64,000 nt of DNA from Dehalococcoidia bacterium. GTDB taxonomy: Bacteria; Chloroflexota; Dehalococcoidia; Lucifugimonadales; UBA3495. Positions 19,632-29,888 of the stretch are shown here, in pieces. The first letter of the stretch is position 1. Each line of letters starts with the position of its first letter. The position numbers and the translations under genes were made by a program. Under the pieces are notes generated by a model. The model searched no databases. It saw only the letters and a program-made list of their open reading frames with translations, and had not been told where the DNA came from. The stretch spans positions 48,474-112,473 of the forward strand of contig JBJKVO010000016.1 of assembly GCA_045562555.1 (NCBI GenBank), written 5' to 3'.

Positions 19632-22550
19632 GTGAGCTTGTGGAGAATATTTGTTGAAAAAAAGGGAAATGTAGTGCAGGAATTGCCAAAACGTTTGATC
19701 TTAGGGAATTCTAATCTACATAAACTATTGATATGTCTGTTAGTTATTGGAGATGCCTATCTGGGATTGCTTTACGGTGGAGGGATTATCCGTTGGAGTG
19801 GTTTCTTCAGAAATGATATAGCGTGGATACTGTTAGCCGCAGAAATGATGATTGGCGGAATGCTATTTCTACGAATTGTTTTGTCCCAGACAAAAGGCAA
19901 GGTACGTACTATAACGTTGCTCCTGATTCCAGTATTGGTGATAGTGTTAGGGCTCGGAATTGTCGAGGTGTTATTAACCGGCTTGGGTAGATCTGCCACG
20001 ATAAACTTGAACTTGTCAGCCGTAGGTCTTAGTGGGCTTTATTGGGCAGCGGTATATTTGAGTATAGGAATCGGGCTCACATTAACTTACAAGGTTCAAG
20101 GTTTTGCAAATTTTGCTCAGGCTGAGATGATGCTCATCGGGTCATATGTGGCACTTATTCTGATGTGGTCTGATAGCTTTGCTTTTTTGTCAGAAGCGCC
20201 GAAAGATGGGGTTTTAAACTGGTCCTTGTTGTTGTGGTCAGGGTTCTGGGCATTTGTGATCGCGGGCCTCGCTGGATGGCTGATTGATCGCTTCGTGTAC
20301 AAAAAACTTCGGGCTCGGAGTGCCACTTTTCAGGTGATGATGATCGCTTCTCTTGGGGTATCCATGATTGTTCGAGCTCTATTGTTTATCAGATTTAGTG
20401 CAAATAACTTTCGTTTCGTACCGGATAAAGACTGGAGACTGACCACATCGGTAATCGAAACTCCAACTCAGACCGTCCAAATTCATCTAGGAGACAGGTT
20501 AGGATTCGGGTTGGTCGAAACTGCCCAGAATGTGGCTCCTTTTGGATTTTCTTACTCAAAGATAGCCTTGATATGTGGTGTAATCGCGTCTCTGATTTTC
20601 CTTCTTGTGATTCTTTATAAAACACGGTTAGGCAGGCAAATGAGAGCAGTCGGAGACAATCCTGGCCTTGCTGCGTCTAGTGGAATAAACCTTGAAAAAA
20701 TTTACGGGAATACATCTTTTTTGTCAGCAGGCACTGCAGGGTTGGGAGGAGCACTTTTAGCTGCCATCCTTCCGATAAATCCAATGGTGGGACTGGCTTT
20801 ACTACTTCCTGCATTTGCTGTGATTGTACTTGGAACAATTGGATCCATTCCCGGTGTGATTTTTGGAGCCTTGATTGTTGGGCTTCTACGTTCTATCTCA
20901 GAACCATTATTAATAGGCATTGGTAATTCTTTGGACCGACCTACAGCTAGTGGATTTGCGGAAGTGGTTCCATTTGTTTTTTTGGTTGGGTTACTTTTGC
21001 TGGCTCCTAGAGGAATAGGTGCTGCGGTACAGGATTGGAATATCAAAAGAATCCGCAATCGAGTCACTGAAGGTAAATTTAAATCTGGGCGCTCGATTGT
21101 TATCCCGATGGCGCGCTTAGGTTTAGATTCTGCAAAGGTTAGCCAAATCAAATATTGGTTGCAATATTTGTGGAATCTGAAAGATTTCTCATTGAGAATC
21201 CTTCAAAGAATATGCAACGTGCTGTCCATACCGTTTTTTATGATAGGACTGAGCGTGCGGTCTCTTTGGAAAACCTTCCTGGCGTTAATCTTAACTATTG
21301 CTAGTGTTATGGGGTTAAAGTGGCAGATTGATGCCGATACTCGGAAAGGATCATGGATACTATTTGTTATCTTGTTGGTAATACTGATTGGGATTGTGTG
21401 GTTGCTTCCTAGTGTTACCGCTCTTACTAAAACGATGCAAATTGCACGTATTGCCACGTTACTGGGGATTTTCGGACTAGCCTCTTTCGCTCTGAATCTT
21501 CATACTGGCATTACCGGGATGACTAATTTCGGGGTTATATTTTTCATTGGAATAGGAGCTGTTACTGTAGGAATTTTGTGCGCTCCAGAAGCCACAAATG
21601 GATATGGATGGTCTCCTATAGCAGCCACGCTTGTTGCTGTTGGGGTTTCTGCTATCGCTGGATGGTTACTGGCGTATCCTACAGCTAGGCTGCGTATGGA
21701 TTATTTTGCCATTGTTACTATCTCGCTGGGTGAAATGCTTAGGATATCATTGCAAGCAGAACCTCTACTCAGAGCGGGGACTGTTACGTCAGCGATTGGT
21801 ATCACTCAATACAGGATGCCATTGGAAGAATGGTGGACTACAGGACCATCACAATATATAGGTAATATATTAGGCTTACCTGTTCCTGCTCCCTATGTGG
21901 TCCTGCTAGCAGGGATGGCTATTGTCTCCCTGGTCGTCGTGTGGCTGTTATTAGATACGGTGTTATCTTCCCCTTGGGGTCGGATTTTGAGATCAATAAG
22001 GGAAGACGAGATTGTGAGCCAGCATCATGGACATAATGTGCTCATCCAAAAGGCAGCCAGTCTTGCTGTGGGCGCTGCGGTTGCGGCCCTTGCAGGTGCT
22101 TTGTGGGCCTGGCTCAATACAAATGTATGGCCTGATTTCATGAATCCTGTACGGACTACATTCTTGATTTGGGCGGCGTATATTGTGGGCGGTAGAGGTA
22201 ATAATAAAGGTATGATTATTGGAGCGTTCGTGATAGTAATCGTTGAGTTTTTATTCAATATAATGGTCGCTTCCCGAGGAGCAGCTAGCATGCCATTGCA
22301 CAACGTTACAAATTTTGCTGACTCTGTATTTTCTTGGATAATGGTAAATATCGGAGGGATTGTGTGGTCAAGTAAATCTCTTACAGAAGTGTTTCCTAGA
22401 GGTGAAGTTTTACTTTCTTTGCCTCATGTGAAGCTGTCTTTAATAGGATTGGTGATCGTGATTGCCTTGATAGCAGCTTCAAAAGGGCTGTTGCCAGAAG
22501 TGCCTAATCGGCCGATTAGGCAAAAAAAATCTGAGGAAGGGGACTTATGA
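19632..22550 (+). CDS. Fused branched-chain amino acid ABC permease (LivH-like plus LivM-like domains in one 972-aa protein)
   Basis: A LivH-like core (about aa 130-470, GIGLTLTYKVQGFANFAQAEMMLIGSY) and a LivM-like core (about aa 600-960, LNLHTGITGMTNFGVIFFIGIGA) share a single ORF. Extra N-terminal helices and a roughly 120-aa linker are also present. Confidence 0.8.
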   Translation: MSLWRIFVEKKGNVVQELPKRLILGNSNLHKLLICLLVIGDAYLGLLYGGGIIRWSGFFRNDIAWILLAAEMMIGGMLFLRIVLSQTKGKVRTITLLLIPVLVIVLGLGIVEVLLTGLGRSATINLNLSAVGLSGLYWAAVYLSIGIGLTLTYKVQGFANFAQAEMMLIGSYVALILMWSDSFAFLSEAPKDGVLNWSLLLWSGFWAFVIAGLAGWLIDRFVYKKLRARSATFQVMMIASLGVSMIVRALLFIRFSANNFRFVPDKDWRLTTSVIETPTQTVQIHLGDRLGFGLVETAQNVAPFGFSYSKIALICGVIASLIFLLVILYKTRLGRQMRAVGDNPGLAASSGINLEKIYGNTSFLSAGTAGLGGALLAAILPINPMVGLALLLPAFAVIVLGTIGSIPGVIFGALIVGLLRSISEPLLIGIGNSLDRPTASGFAEVVPFVFLVGLLLLAPRGIGAAVQDWNIKRIRNRVTEGKFKSGRSIVIPMARLGLDSAKVSQIKYWLQYLWNLKDFSLRILQRICNVLSIPFFMIGLSVRSLWKTFLALILTIASVMGLKWQIDADTRKGSWILFVILLVILIGIVWLLPSVTALTKTMQIARIATLLGIFGLASFALNLHTGITGMTNFGVIFFIGIGAVTVGILCAPEATNGYGWSPIAATLVAVGVSAIAGWLLAYPTARLRMDYFAIVTISLGEMLRISLQAEPLLRAGTVTSAIGITQYRMPLEEWWTTGPSQYIGNILGLPVPAPYVVLLAGMAIVSLVVVWLLLDTVLSSPWGRILRSIREDEIVSQHHGHNVLIQKAASLAVGAAVAALAGALWAWLNTNVWPDFMNPVRTTFLIWAAYIVGGRGNNKGMIIGAFVIVIVEFLFNIMVASRGAASMPLHNVTNFADSVFSWIMVNIGGIVWSSKSLTEVFPRGEVLLSLPHVKLSLIGLVIVIALIAASKGLLPEVPNRPIRQKKSEEGDL

Positions 22551-23323
22551 GCATAAATGCCCTGAAAGTCAGTAATTTGGTGAAAGATTTTGGAGGACTA
22601 ACCGCAGTTAACGACGTCACTTTCGAAGTCCCTGTCGGTTCCATGGTTGGCTTAATAGGTCCCAATGGATGCGGCAAATCTACCACTTTTAATTGTATTT
22701 CTGGCATGCTAGAAGTGACGTCCGGTCAAATTGAAGTACTAGGACGATTGACCACAGGGAAAAGACCTGACGAAATCCAAAAATTAGGTCTTACTAGAAC
22801 TTTTCAACACACACGGCTTTGGAGAGATATGACTGTTATTGAAAATTTGTTGGTTCCTTCAAGGCATCAATTTCAGCCGAATATATTCTTGTCGTTATTA
22901 AAACCAAATTCTCGTCCGGCCGAACACCGTAGAGTAGTGAATGCATACAAGATACTGGATGCCCTTGAAGTTGGGCATATAGCTCACAATTTAGCTAGTG
23001 AGTTATCCGGAGGCCAAAGCAAATTAGTAGACATTGGCAGGGCTTTGATGAGTGATCCGGAATTTTTGCTACTTGACGAACCTGTGGCAGGTGTCGCTGG
23101 CCCGTTGGCAGAAAAGATCTTTAACAACTTGAAGAGTTTGTGCAAAGACGATGGGATCGGCATGTTGATAATCGAACATAACATGGAATTTATATTACGT
23201 AGAGGTGTAGATCATGTCATCGTAATGGACAATGGCAAAGTCCTAGCAGAAGGAACTCCTGATGATATTAGAGAAAGAGATGACGTGGTTGAAGCTTACT
23301 TGGGCACAGGAGCACGAAGTTAG
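22547..23323 (+). CDS. livG: Branched-chain amino acid ABC transporter ATP-binding protein
   Basis: Walker A GPNGCGKST, signature LSGGQSKL, Walker B LLLDEP. The ATG overlaps the permease stop (ATGA). Confidence 0.85.
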   Translation: MSINALKVSNLVKDFGGLTAVNDVTFEVPVGSMVGLIGPNGCGKSTTFNCISGMLEVTSGQIEVLGRLTTGKRPDEIQKLGLTRTFQHTRLWRDMTVIENLLVPSRHQFQPNIFLSLLKPNSRPAEHRRVVNAYKILDALEVGHIAHNLASELSGGQSKLVDIGRALMSDPEFLLLDEPVAGVAGPLAEKIFNNLKSLCKDDGIGMLIIEHNMEFILRRGVDHVIVMDNGKVLAEGTPDDIRERDDVVEAYLGTGARS

Positions 23324-23325
23324 AT

Positions 23326-24042
23326 ATGGATTATGTCTTAGAAACTTCAGACGTAGAGGGTGGGTACGACAAAGTTAAAATTTTGAATGGAATAGACCTC
23401 TACGTCGGACGAGGAGAATTTGTCACCATAATAGGTCCTAATGGATGTGGTAAATCTACTTTTCTCAAGATATTGTTTGGATTAGCTACTCATTATCATG
23501 GCACTATCAAGTATGAAGGGAAAGAAGTTTCCGGATGGCGTACAGATAAGCTGGTTAACTTGGGAATATCTTATGTGCCTCAGGTAGATAACGTGTTCCC
23601 TTCATTGTCAGTGTCGGAAAATCTCCAGATGGGCGCGATTAATCGGTCCTTGCCTCAAATCAGAAATGGTATAAGTAAATCTATTGAAATGTTCCCTGAA
23701 TTGAAATTAAGAATGAACGATGTTGCCGCTTCTTTGTCTGGCGGAGAGAGGCAGATGCTTGCGATATCTAGAGCTTTGATGTCAGAACCTTCATTTTTGA
23801 TGCTGGATGAGCCTACAGCAGCTCTATCTCCTAGGTACCAACAACAAATTCTTGAAAATATCGACGAACTTAGATCTCAAGGAATTTCTATTCTGCTGGT
23901 TGAACAAAATGCACGTTTGTCTTTGGAGAGATCAGATAGAGGTTATGTATTTTCTGGAGGTAGAGTAGTTTACACAGGTGGTGCGGCCTCAATTTTAGAG
24001 AATCCAGACTTGGGAAATTATTTTTTAGGGGTTCAAGACTAG
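23326..24042 (+). CDS. livF: Branched-chain amino acid ABC transporter ATP-binding protein
   Basis: Walker A GPNGCGKST, signature LSGGERQM, Walker B LMLDEP. 238 aa, the second ATPase of the liv-type set. Confidence 0.85.
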   Translation: MDYVLETSDVEGGYDKVKILNGIDLYVGRGEFVTIIGPNGCGKSTFLKILFGLATHYHGTIKYEGKEVSGWRTDKLVNLGISYVPQVDNVFPSLSVSENLQMGAINRSLPQIRNGISKSIEMFPELKLRMNDVAASLSGGERQMLAISRALMSEPSFLMLDEPTAALSPRYQQQILENIDELRSQGISILLVEQNARLSLERSDRGYVFSGGRVVYTGGAASILENPDLGNYFLGVQD

Positions 24043-24089
24043 CACTCAAAATGCTATCATCAAGTATAGGAAAATGTAGGAGTGACGAT

Positions 24090-24440
24090 ATGCAAGTAGT
24101 TAGAATATATTCCGGTGATGACGGAGAATCCCATTTTGAAGAAATTGATCTGCCCTACGAAGCGATCACAGGTGCAGAACGGACCGCTCTACAATCAGCT
24201 TCCAGTATACATTTCAGGAGATATCAGCCTGGTAATTTTCTCGACTTTCATGTTGCCCCAAGACGACAATATGTGATTACTTTGTCTGGACAGGCAGAAA
24301 TTGGTTTAGGAGACGGCACAAAGCGTATTTTTAATGCGGGAGATGTATTGCTCGCAGATGATTTGACGGGCAAAGGACATACAACCGCTGCAGTAGGGGA
24401 TGCTCCTAGAGTCTCTATTGCTATTCCTTTAGAAGAGTAA
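24090..24440 (+). CDS. Small cupin-like beta-barrel protein
   Basis: The ATG at 24090 follows AGGAG. 116 aa. The C-terminal pattern GDVLLADDLTGKGHTT suggests a cupin-type fold. No metal motif confirmed. Confidence 0.5.
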   Translation: MQVVRIYSGDDGESHFEEIDLPYEAITGAERTALQSASSIHFRRYQPGNFLDFHVAPRRQYVITLSGQAEIGLGDGTKRIFNAGDVLLADDLTGKGHTTAAVGDAPRVSIAIPLEE

Positions 24441-24442
24441 AC

Positions 24443-25243
24443 ATGCCTTTCCTTCAGATTGATGAACAACTGAATATGTTTTACGAGGATCAAGATTTTA
24501 GTGAACCGTGGAATGATTCTGAGGTGATATTAATGCACCATGGAAATGCCAAAAATAGCCAGTTCTGGTACGGATGGCTGCCGGAACTTTCCAGGAATTA
24601 TCGAGTTATTAGGGTTGATGGCAGGGGATTCGGAAAGAGTTCAATTCCTTCTAAAAATTATGGATGGTCCCTTGAGCAATTCGCCCAAGATTCCAAAACA
24701 CTTTTAGATTTGCTAAATACACCTAAGGTTCATTTTATCGGCGAGACCATTGGTGGCAGTATTGGGATGGTGTTTGCGGAGATGTTCCCTGAGGCAACCA
24801 AGTCTCTTACTGTTTGTACGTCACCTTATAATTTTTCCGCTGTTGAAACTTATAAGGAATATCATACATTGGTTGGCGTTGAGGGAGTTAGGGCTTGGGT
24901 TGAGAAAACGTCCGGTCAGAGACTTCCAGGGAAAAGCGCCGATCATAATCAATGGTACATTGATCAAATGTCTAACACATCGAAACAGGTTGTAATGGAA
25001 ACCCTTTCATATTTGTCCACGGTTGATCTTACCGATAGGTTGATGAACATTTTATGTCCTACTTTGATAATGGTTGGCGAAAATAGTGCAATGAATACCA
25101 ATGGAAGAGTAGATAGCTTAGCTCAACTAATTTCGGATTCTAAAATTATTAAGGTCGCAGGAGCTACCGGGTACGTTCAACACTCAGAGCCTGAGCAATG
25201 CGCGCAGGAATGGATTCAATTTGCAAGGAGCCTGAGGTCATAA
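24443..25243 (+). CDS. Alpha/beta-hydrolase fold protein (atypical G-E-T-I-G-G nucleophile elbow)
   Basis: HG oxyanion motif (MHHGN), elbow FIGETIGGSIGM and a C-terminal GYVQHSE His. 266 aa. Confidence 0.75.
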   Translation: MPFLQIDEQLNMFYEDQDFSEPWNDSEVILMHHGNAKNSQFWYGWLPELSRNYRVIRVDGRGFGKSSIPSKNYGWSLEQFAQDSKTLLDLLNTPKVHFIGETIGGSIGMVFAEMFPEATKSLTVCTSPYNFSAVETYKEYHTLVGVEGVRAWVEKTSGQRLPGKSADHNQWYIDQMSNTSKQVVMETLSYLSTVDLTDRLMNILCPTLIMVGENSAMNTNGRVDSLAQLISDSKIIKVAGATGYVQHSEPEQCAQEWIQFARSLRS

Positions 25244-25259
25244 AAACGTAGTAGTTTAA

Positions 25260-27809
25260 ATGAGGCGGATAACAGTAGATTTCAGTAACATTATTGAACG
25301 GGTGATTCTTGATAAACGGATAACTCGTGGCATTCTTTTTTCTTTTGGAATAATCACCATCGTGTTCGGCTTGTGCTGGTGGTTGATTGACAACGATCAG
25401 CTGTCTTCCTGGGATCCCCCTGGATCTGATGTTGAATTACAAGATCAGATCAATCGAGTTTTCCCTCAGCGGAATCATGTTGTCGCGTTCCTGCTTGAAA
25501 GTAATTCTGGGAATGTGTTTGAGCCGAAGCTTTTGAAAAACTTGTACTCTAATGAGCTGGAATTACGCAGAGAATTTAAAGAATATCTGGTTGACCAATA
25601 TGATTTCGTTAATGACCGGCAAATATTTGGAATTTTCACAATCGCTGATGCAGTGCAGAAAACGCTGAGAAATTCTCCGGAGAGGTTAGATATATACACC
25701 GCTAGCGACGACGATATCAGGATCGCGTTATTGGACGTATTAAGCAATGACATAGGCGGAGAATTATCAAATTCAATGTCTACTGATTTGAGGATCGAAA
25801 ACAACTTACAAGGAAACGAGAGTTGGGTCACATCAGCTATGACTATATTTGTAAGTTTGGATAATGAGATGTTAGGAGGGGGGAGATCTGCTTTCAGTTT
25901 GAGTTCTGATCCGAAGATTTTGGATAAAGAAACCATTAATCGAGAGGTCCAACGTATATTGAGAGGTCAACAAAAAGAATATTCTCTTTGGGGACTTGCG
26001 ATTGATACGAATTTGGAAGCTTTAGACGAAGGGCAAAAATCTATTCCTTACGTGTTATTCGCTGTGTTTTTAGTAACCTTGGTAGCAGCGATATCGTTGA
26101 GGTCCGTTTTATCTTTTGGAGTGATAGGAATTGGGTTGATTACTTTATTGGTATGGCTAGAAGGGATATCCAACATTTTGTTTCTAAAACAATCAGTCAC
26201 AACCGATCTGATTGTACCCATTGCCATGGTTTCATTGGGAGTTGATTTTTTCATACATTCCGTTAGCCGGTATCAAGAAGGGAAAAAATCTTATCTTGCT
26301 TCACGTTCTGCTTTGTCGTTTGCGATTATTGGAATTTCTGGAGCGCTGACCTTAGCCATGTTGTCCGACGGTATCGCGTTCTTGGCGAATTTAACATCTA
26401 ATATAGATGCTGTCGTAGGATTTGGGTTTAGTGCTGGCGTGGCTGTCGTCTCGTCCTATCTCGTCATGGGATGGATCATGCCTGTGTTACTTGTCGAACT
26501 AGAAGAAGGATTTCAAAAGAAATTCCAAATGAAACCATTATTCCCGGTTAAATTCATCATGCAAGCAGTGTCAGTGTTGTTCTCATCCCTAGAAAAATTA
26601 GTTTTAAGTATCTCATTAAATTTGATAAAAAGGCCTCGTATTTGGGTTTTGTTATTTGCAAGTTCTACTTCAGCTTGTGTGTTAATCTCACTGAATATTC
26701 AGCCAGAATTTGACATAAAAGATTTTTTTGCTTCTGATAGTGACTTGGTGATTGGACTAGATAAATTGGATGAACACATGGATCAGGATCTTTTAGGAGA
26801 ACCGATATTCATATTAGCCGAAGTTGATACTACTTCCGATGACTGGATTGAAGAATTGATGGAGTTAAAAAAGAATTTACGGGAATCTCGATATTTAACT
26901 AAAACTAACGACGGAGAACTGTTTTTGTACTTGCCTTCACTTGATTATGTTATCGAAAAATACCAAGAAAACAGGTACGCGATGTCTTTATATGATGAAT
27001 ATTCTGGAGGTGTCAAATCAAGTCAAACGCTACTTGAGTATTTATACTTCAATGGTGTTATGGTTCGAGAAGGGGTACATTATTTTGAGCCGGACCAAAT
27101 TCAAGAAATTTTGCAGCCGAAATCTGACAAACCAGAAGAGTTTGAAATTCTGTTGAGTGTAGGGGCCTTAGGGACCAGAGAACAAAGTCAAGTTCCGCTC
27201 ATAAAAAAAGAACTGCAAAACATTGTGGATTCGTCTAACGCAAACTCAGGCTTAAACATTATAGGGGTGACGGGGTCACCATTTATCAGGAGTGCAACTC
27301 TCACCCACACCACTGGACTGATGAAAATATCTGTTCCGGTGGCAATTATAGCCTGTTTAATTGTATTGCTAATTTGGATGCGATCTGCGTTGTTTGCTGT
27401 GGCGACGGTGATTCCTGTTGCTTTCGCCGTTTTTTGGATATTAGCATTTATGGTGATTGCGGGGTTAAATGTGAACTTCGTTACCGCTACTATAGCTTCA
27501 GTCACCATTGGAGTTGGCATTGACTTTTCTATCCATATTACTCAAAGATTCAGACAGGAATTACAAAAAGGGAATGACCCTATTCTAGCTATGACTACCA
27601 CCATTGAAGGTACAGGGAAAGCGTTGCTCGGGTCAGCGTTGTCGAGCATGATCGGGTTTAGTGTGATGTTGTTGGCGCCTATGCCTATCATCGCCACTTA
27701 TGGGTTGTTGACTACTATAATGATTTTAATTGCTACCCTGGGGGCTTTATTTATGCTACCAAGCGTACTTATGTTGTGCGAGTCTGCCAGAAAAATAATA
27801 CCTAGATGA
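25260..27809 (+). CDS. MMPL/RND-superfamily transporter
   Basis: 849 aa with two roughly 6-TM bundles (about aa 265-410 and 690-840), each preceded by a large soluble domain. GVDFFIH and GIDFSIH repeat the pseudo-symmetric motif. Confidence 0.75.
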   Translation: MRRITVDFSNIIERVILDKRITRGILFSFGIITIVFGLCWWLIDNDQLSSWDPPGSDVELQDQINRVFPQRNHVVAFLLESNSGNVFEPKLLKNLYSNELELRREFKEYLVDQYDFVNDRQIFGIFTIADAVQKTLRNSPERLDIYTASDDDIRIALLDVLSNDIGGELSNSMSTDLRIENNLQGNESWVTSAMTIFVSLDNEMLGGGRSAFSLSSDPKILDKETINREVQRILRGQQKEYSLWGLAIDTNLEALDEGQKSIPYVLFAVFLVTLVAAISLRSVLSFGVIGIGLITLLVWLEGISNILFLKQSVTTDLIVPIAMVSLGVDFFIHSVSRYQEGKKSYLASRSALSFAIIGISGALTLAMLSDGIAFLANLTSNIDAVVGFGFSAGVAVVSSYLVMGWIMPVLLVELEEGFQKKFQMKPLFPVKFIMQAVSVLFSSLEKLVLSISLNLIKRPRIWVLLFASSTSACVLISLNIQPEFDIKDFFASDSDLVIGLDKLDEHMDQDLLGEPIFILAEVDTTSDDWIEELMELKKNLRESRYLTKTNDGELFLYLPSLDYVIEKYQENRYAMSLYDEYSGGVKSSQTLLEYLYFNGVMVREGVHYFEPDQIQEILQPKSDKPEEFEILLSVGALGTREQSQVPLIKKELQNIVDSSNANSGLNIIGVTGSPFIRSATLTHTTGLMKISVPVAIIACLIVLLIWMRSALFAVATVIPVAFAVFWILAFMVIAGLNVNFVTATIASVTIGVGIDFSIHITQRFRQELQKGNDPILAMTTTIEGTGKALLGSALSSMIGFSVMLLAPMPIIATYGLLTTIMILIATLGALFMLPSVLMLCESARKIIPR

Positions 27810-27844
27810 TATAATAATAGCGAATCTTCAGGAGGCTAGTTTTT

Positions 27845-29014
27845 ATGATAAAAAGATTTTCAGTGTTTTACGTAGGGCAAATCGATCTTGATAATGTTGG
27901 GCATGACGGAACAGCTCCGGATGACCGAAAGTATTCAAATGATCAATTAATCCAAGCGTATTATAACGCCGAAGAGCTCGCTAAACATCTCGATACTCTG
28001 GGATATTATGCAATGTGGGGCGCAGAACATCATTTCCAACGAGAAGGATATGAGTGTTTCCCTAATTTAATACTACTAGGAGTCCATTTAGCCGGTATAA
28101 CTAAAAACTTAAAATTTGGTAATTCGTTCAATATTGTTCCAATGTGGCATCCTTTGCGATTGGCTGAAGACTTTGCAATGGCAGACGTAATGACAAAAGG
28201 GAGAATGATATTTGGTGTTGGTAGAGGATATCAGAGTAGAGAAGTCGAAACCTTTGGGGCTCCTTTGTTGGACAGAGACAAGAACAGAGAATTGTTCGAA
28301 GAACAAATAGAAATAATTTTGAAAGCATTTAATGAGGAAGCCTTCTCACATAAAGGTAAACATTACACTATTCCTGCAGATGTTGAATTCAGAGGTTACG
28401 ATTTAGAAGAAATTACTATGGTGCCTCGGCCCATAAATCTTCCTGTGGAAATATGGCAACCGGTTTCTAGTGGCAATTCGATTAAATTTGCTGCAAGGAA
28501 AGGAATCAAAATCGTGATTGCTTTGACTGGTGAAGCTATAGTGGATCAATTCATGACAGAATATCAGACTGCTGCAGGTGAAGAAGGGTCAAAATTAGAA
28601 TTAGGACAAGACACATGTTTGGGATTCGGGTTTTGTATAGGTGATAGTCTTGAAGATGCAATAGAAAAAGTAAGGCCATACCATGATGAAAGATACAAAT
28701 GGTTCGCTCCTTTCGGTTTTGTGAGATATATGGATGAGCAAGGAAGGATGTGGGGGACCCCAGGGGCTCCTACACGAATGCCTAAGGTGGAAGATGGAGT
28801 CGAACAAAAGGCGTGGTTGTGTGGTACTTCGGACGAGATTGTTGATACACTGAAGCATTTCGAAGAGAAATATCCGGGCTTAGAAGACATTGTCCTGCAA
28901 TGGCCTGAAGGGATGCCATGGACGGAATTTCAGGAACAATTAACTAGATTTGCTAAGGAAGTAATGCCGCAATTTAATACGGTGGACTCAGATGTGGTTG
29001 TGGCGGATGATTAG
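27845..29014 (+). CDS. LLM-class (luciferase-like) flavin-dependent oxidoreductase
   Basis: GAEHHFQREGYE, HPLRLAEDFAMADVMTKGRMIFGVGRGY are typical of bacterial luciferase-like monooxygenases. 389 aa. Confidence 0.82.
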   Translation: MIKRFSVFYVGQIDLDNVGHDGTAPDDRKYSNDQLIQAYYNAEELAKHLDTLGYYAMWGAEHHFQREGYECFPNLILLGVHLAGITKNLKFGNSFNIVPMWHPLRLAEDFAMADVMTKGRMIFGVGRGYQSREVETFGAPLLDRDKNRELFEEQIEIILKAFNEEAFSHKGKHYTIPADVEFRGYDLEEITMVPRPINLPVEIWQPVSSGNSIKFAARKGIKIVIALTGEAIVDQFMTEYQTAAGEEGSKLELGQDTCLGFGFCIGDSLEDAIEKVRPYHDERYKWFAPFGFVRYMDEQGRMWGTPGAPTRMPKVEDGVEQKAWLCGTSDEIVDTLKHFEEKYPGLEDIVLQWPEGMPWTEFQEQLTRFAKEVMPQFNTVDSDVVVADD

Positions 29015-29020
29015 TTAGAT

Positions 29021-29374
29021 TTATTGGAAAGAAGTAAAATTTGGATCCAGCATTAGACAGGGCTCACCCCATTGGGAGGATTCTGAAATGCTCCATGGTT
29101 TATTATCATCTGCCCGCTGTATACGTATTCCTTCTGACCCTCCATATATTAGGAGGATTACCCCATCTCCCGAATCTTCGGCTTGCGCTGCGTACGCAGG
29201 ACAAGGTTGATTGCCTGCTTCCCATCCTGAGACCATATATCTGACAGGCTCGTCTGTTAAGTAGTCTGATTTGAACTGAAAGATTTGTGTAGGTTCTTGC
29301 AGAAGGTTGTACATACGATGAAGGTCGAAAGCGCTATTTTCTCCTTCATTTACTTCTAATTCAATCAATGCCAT
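29021..29374 (-). CDS. Hypothetical protein
   Basis: 117-aa ORF, convergent with the LLM gene across a 6-nt gap. No motif recognised. Confidence 0.45.
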   Translation of the reverse strand: MALIELEVNEGENSAFDLHRMYNLLQEPTQIFQFKSDYLTDEPVRYMVSGWEAGNQPCPAYAAQAEDSGDGVILLIYGGSEGIRIQRADDNKPWSISESSQWGEPCLMLDPNFTSFQ

Positions 29375-29430
29375 CCATCTATTATAATAGATGGTGTCTT
29401 AAAATGACCAGAAACTGATCGAGGTACGAA

Positions 29431-29874
29431 TTGAGCGCAAGCGATTATATATTAATAATGATAACGTGGACCCATAATTTAGGTGCTGTCGTATGGGTGG
29501 GTGGATGCCTGTTTTACTATTTGGTTCTTAGACCAGTATTTACGGACAATTTGGTTGAACAGTCAAATAAAAACCTGATCGCTGATCAATTTAGGCATGT
29601 TATCAAAACAACTATTTGGATTTTGATTTTGACAGGGATTGTTCTAGCAGTGTCTCATGTTGCGATCCAGACCGTTCCTATCATGTACGTATACGTTTTG
29701 GCGATTAAAGTTTGTCTAGCAATAATGATGTTTGTGTTGTACCTATTCAATAAAGGCACTCAGAAATTAATGTTCGAACTATTCGGCGTAAAGGTTTATA
29801 AGACCGATATGATCTTGATTTTAGGTGTGTTGGTTATCGGCCTCTCAGACATATTGAGTGCTTTGGCGAAGTAA
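29431..29874 (+). CDS. Small 4-TM membrane protein (CopD-like topology)
   Basis: 147 aa with four hydrophobic helices. TTG start. The N-terminal THNLGAVVWVGG resembles CopD-type proteins. Functional call is weak. Confidence 0.45.
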   Translation: MSASDYILIMITWTHNLGAVVWVGGCLFYYLVLRPVFTDNLVEQSNKNLIADQFRHVIKTTIWILILTGIVLAVSHVAIQTVPIMYVYVLAIKVCLAIMMFVLYLFNKGTQKLMFELFGVKVYKTDMILILGVLVIGLSDILSALAK

Positions 29875-29888
29875 GTTGAGGAGTAACA

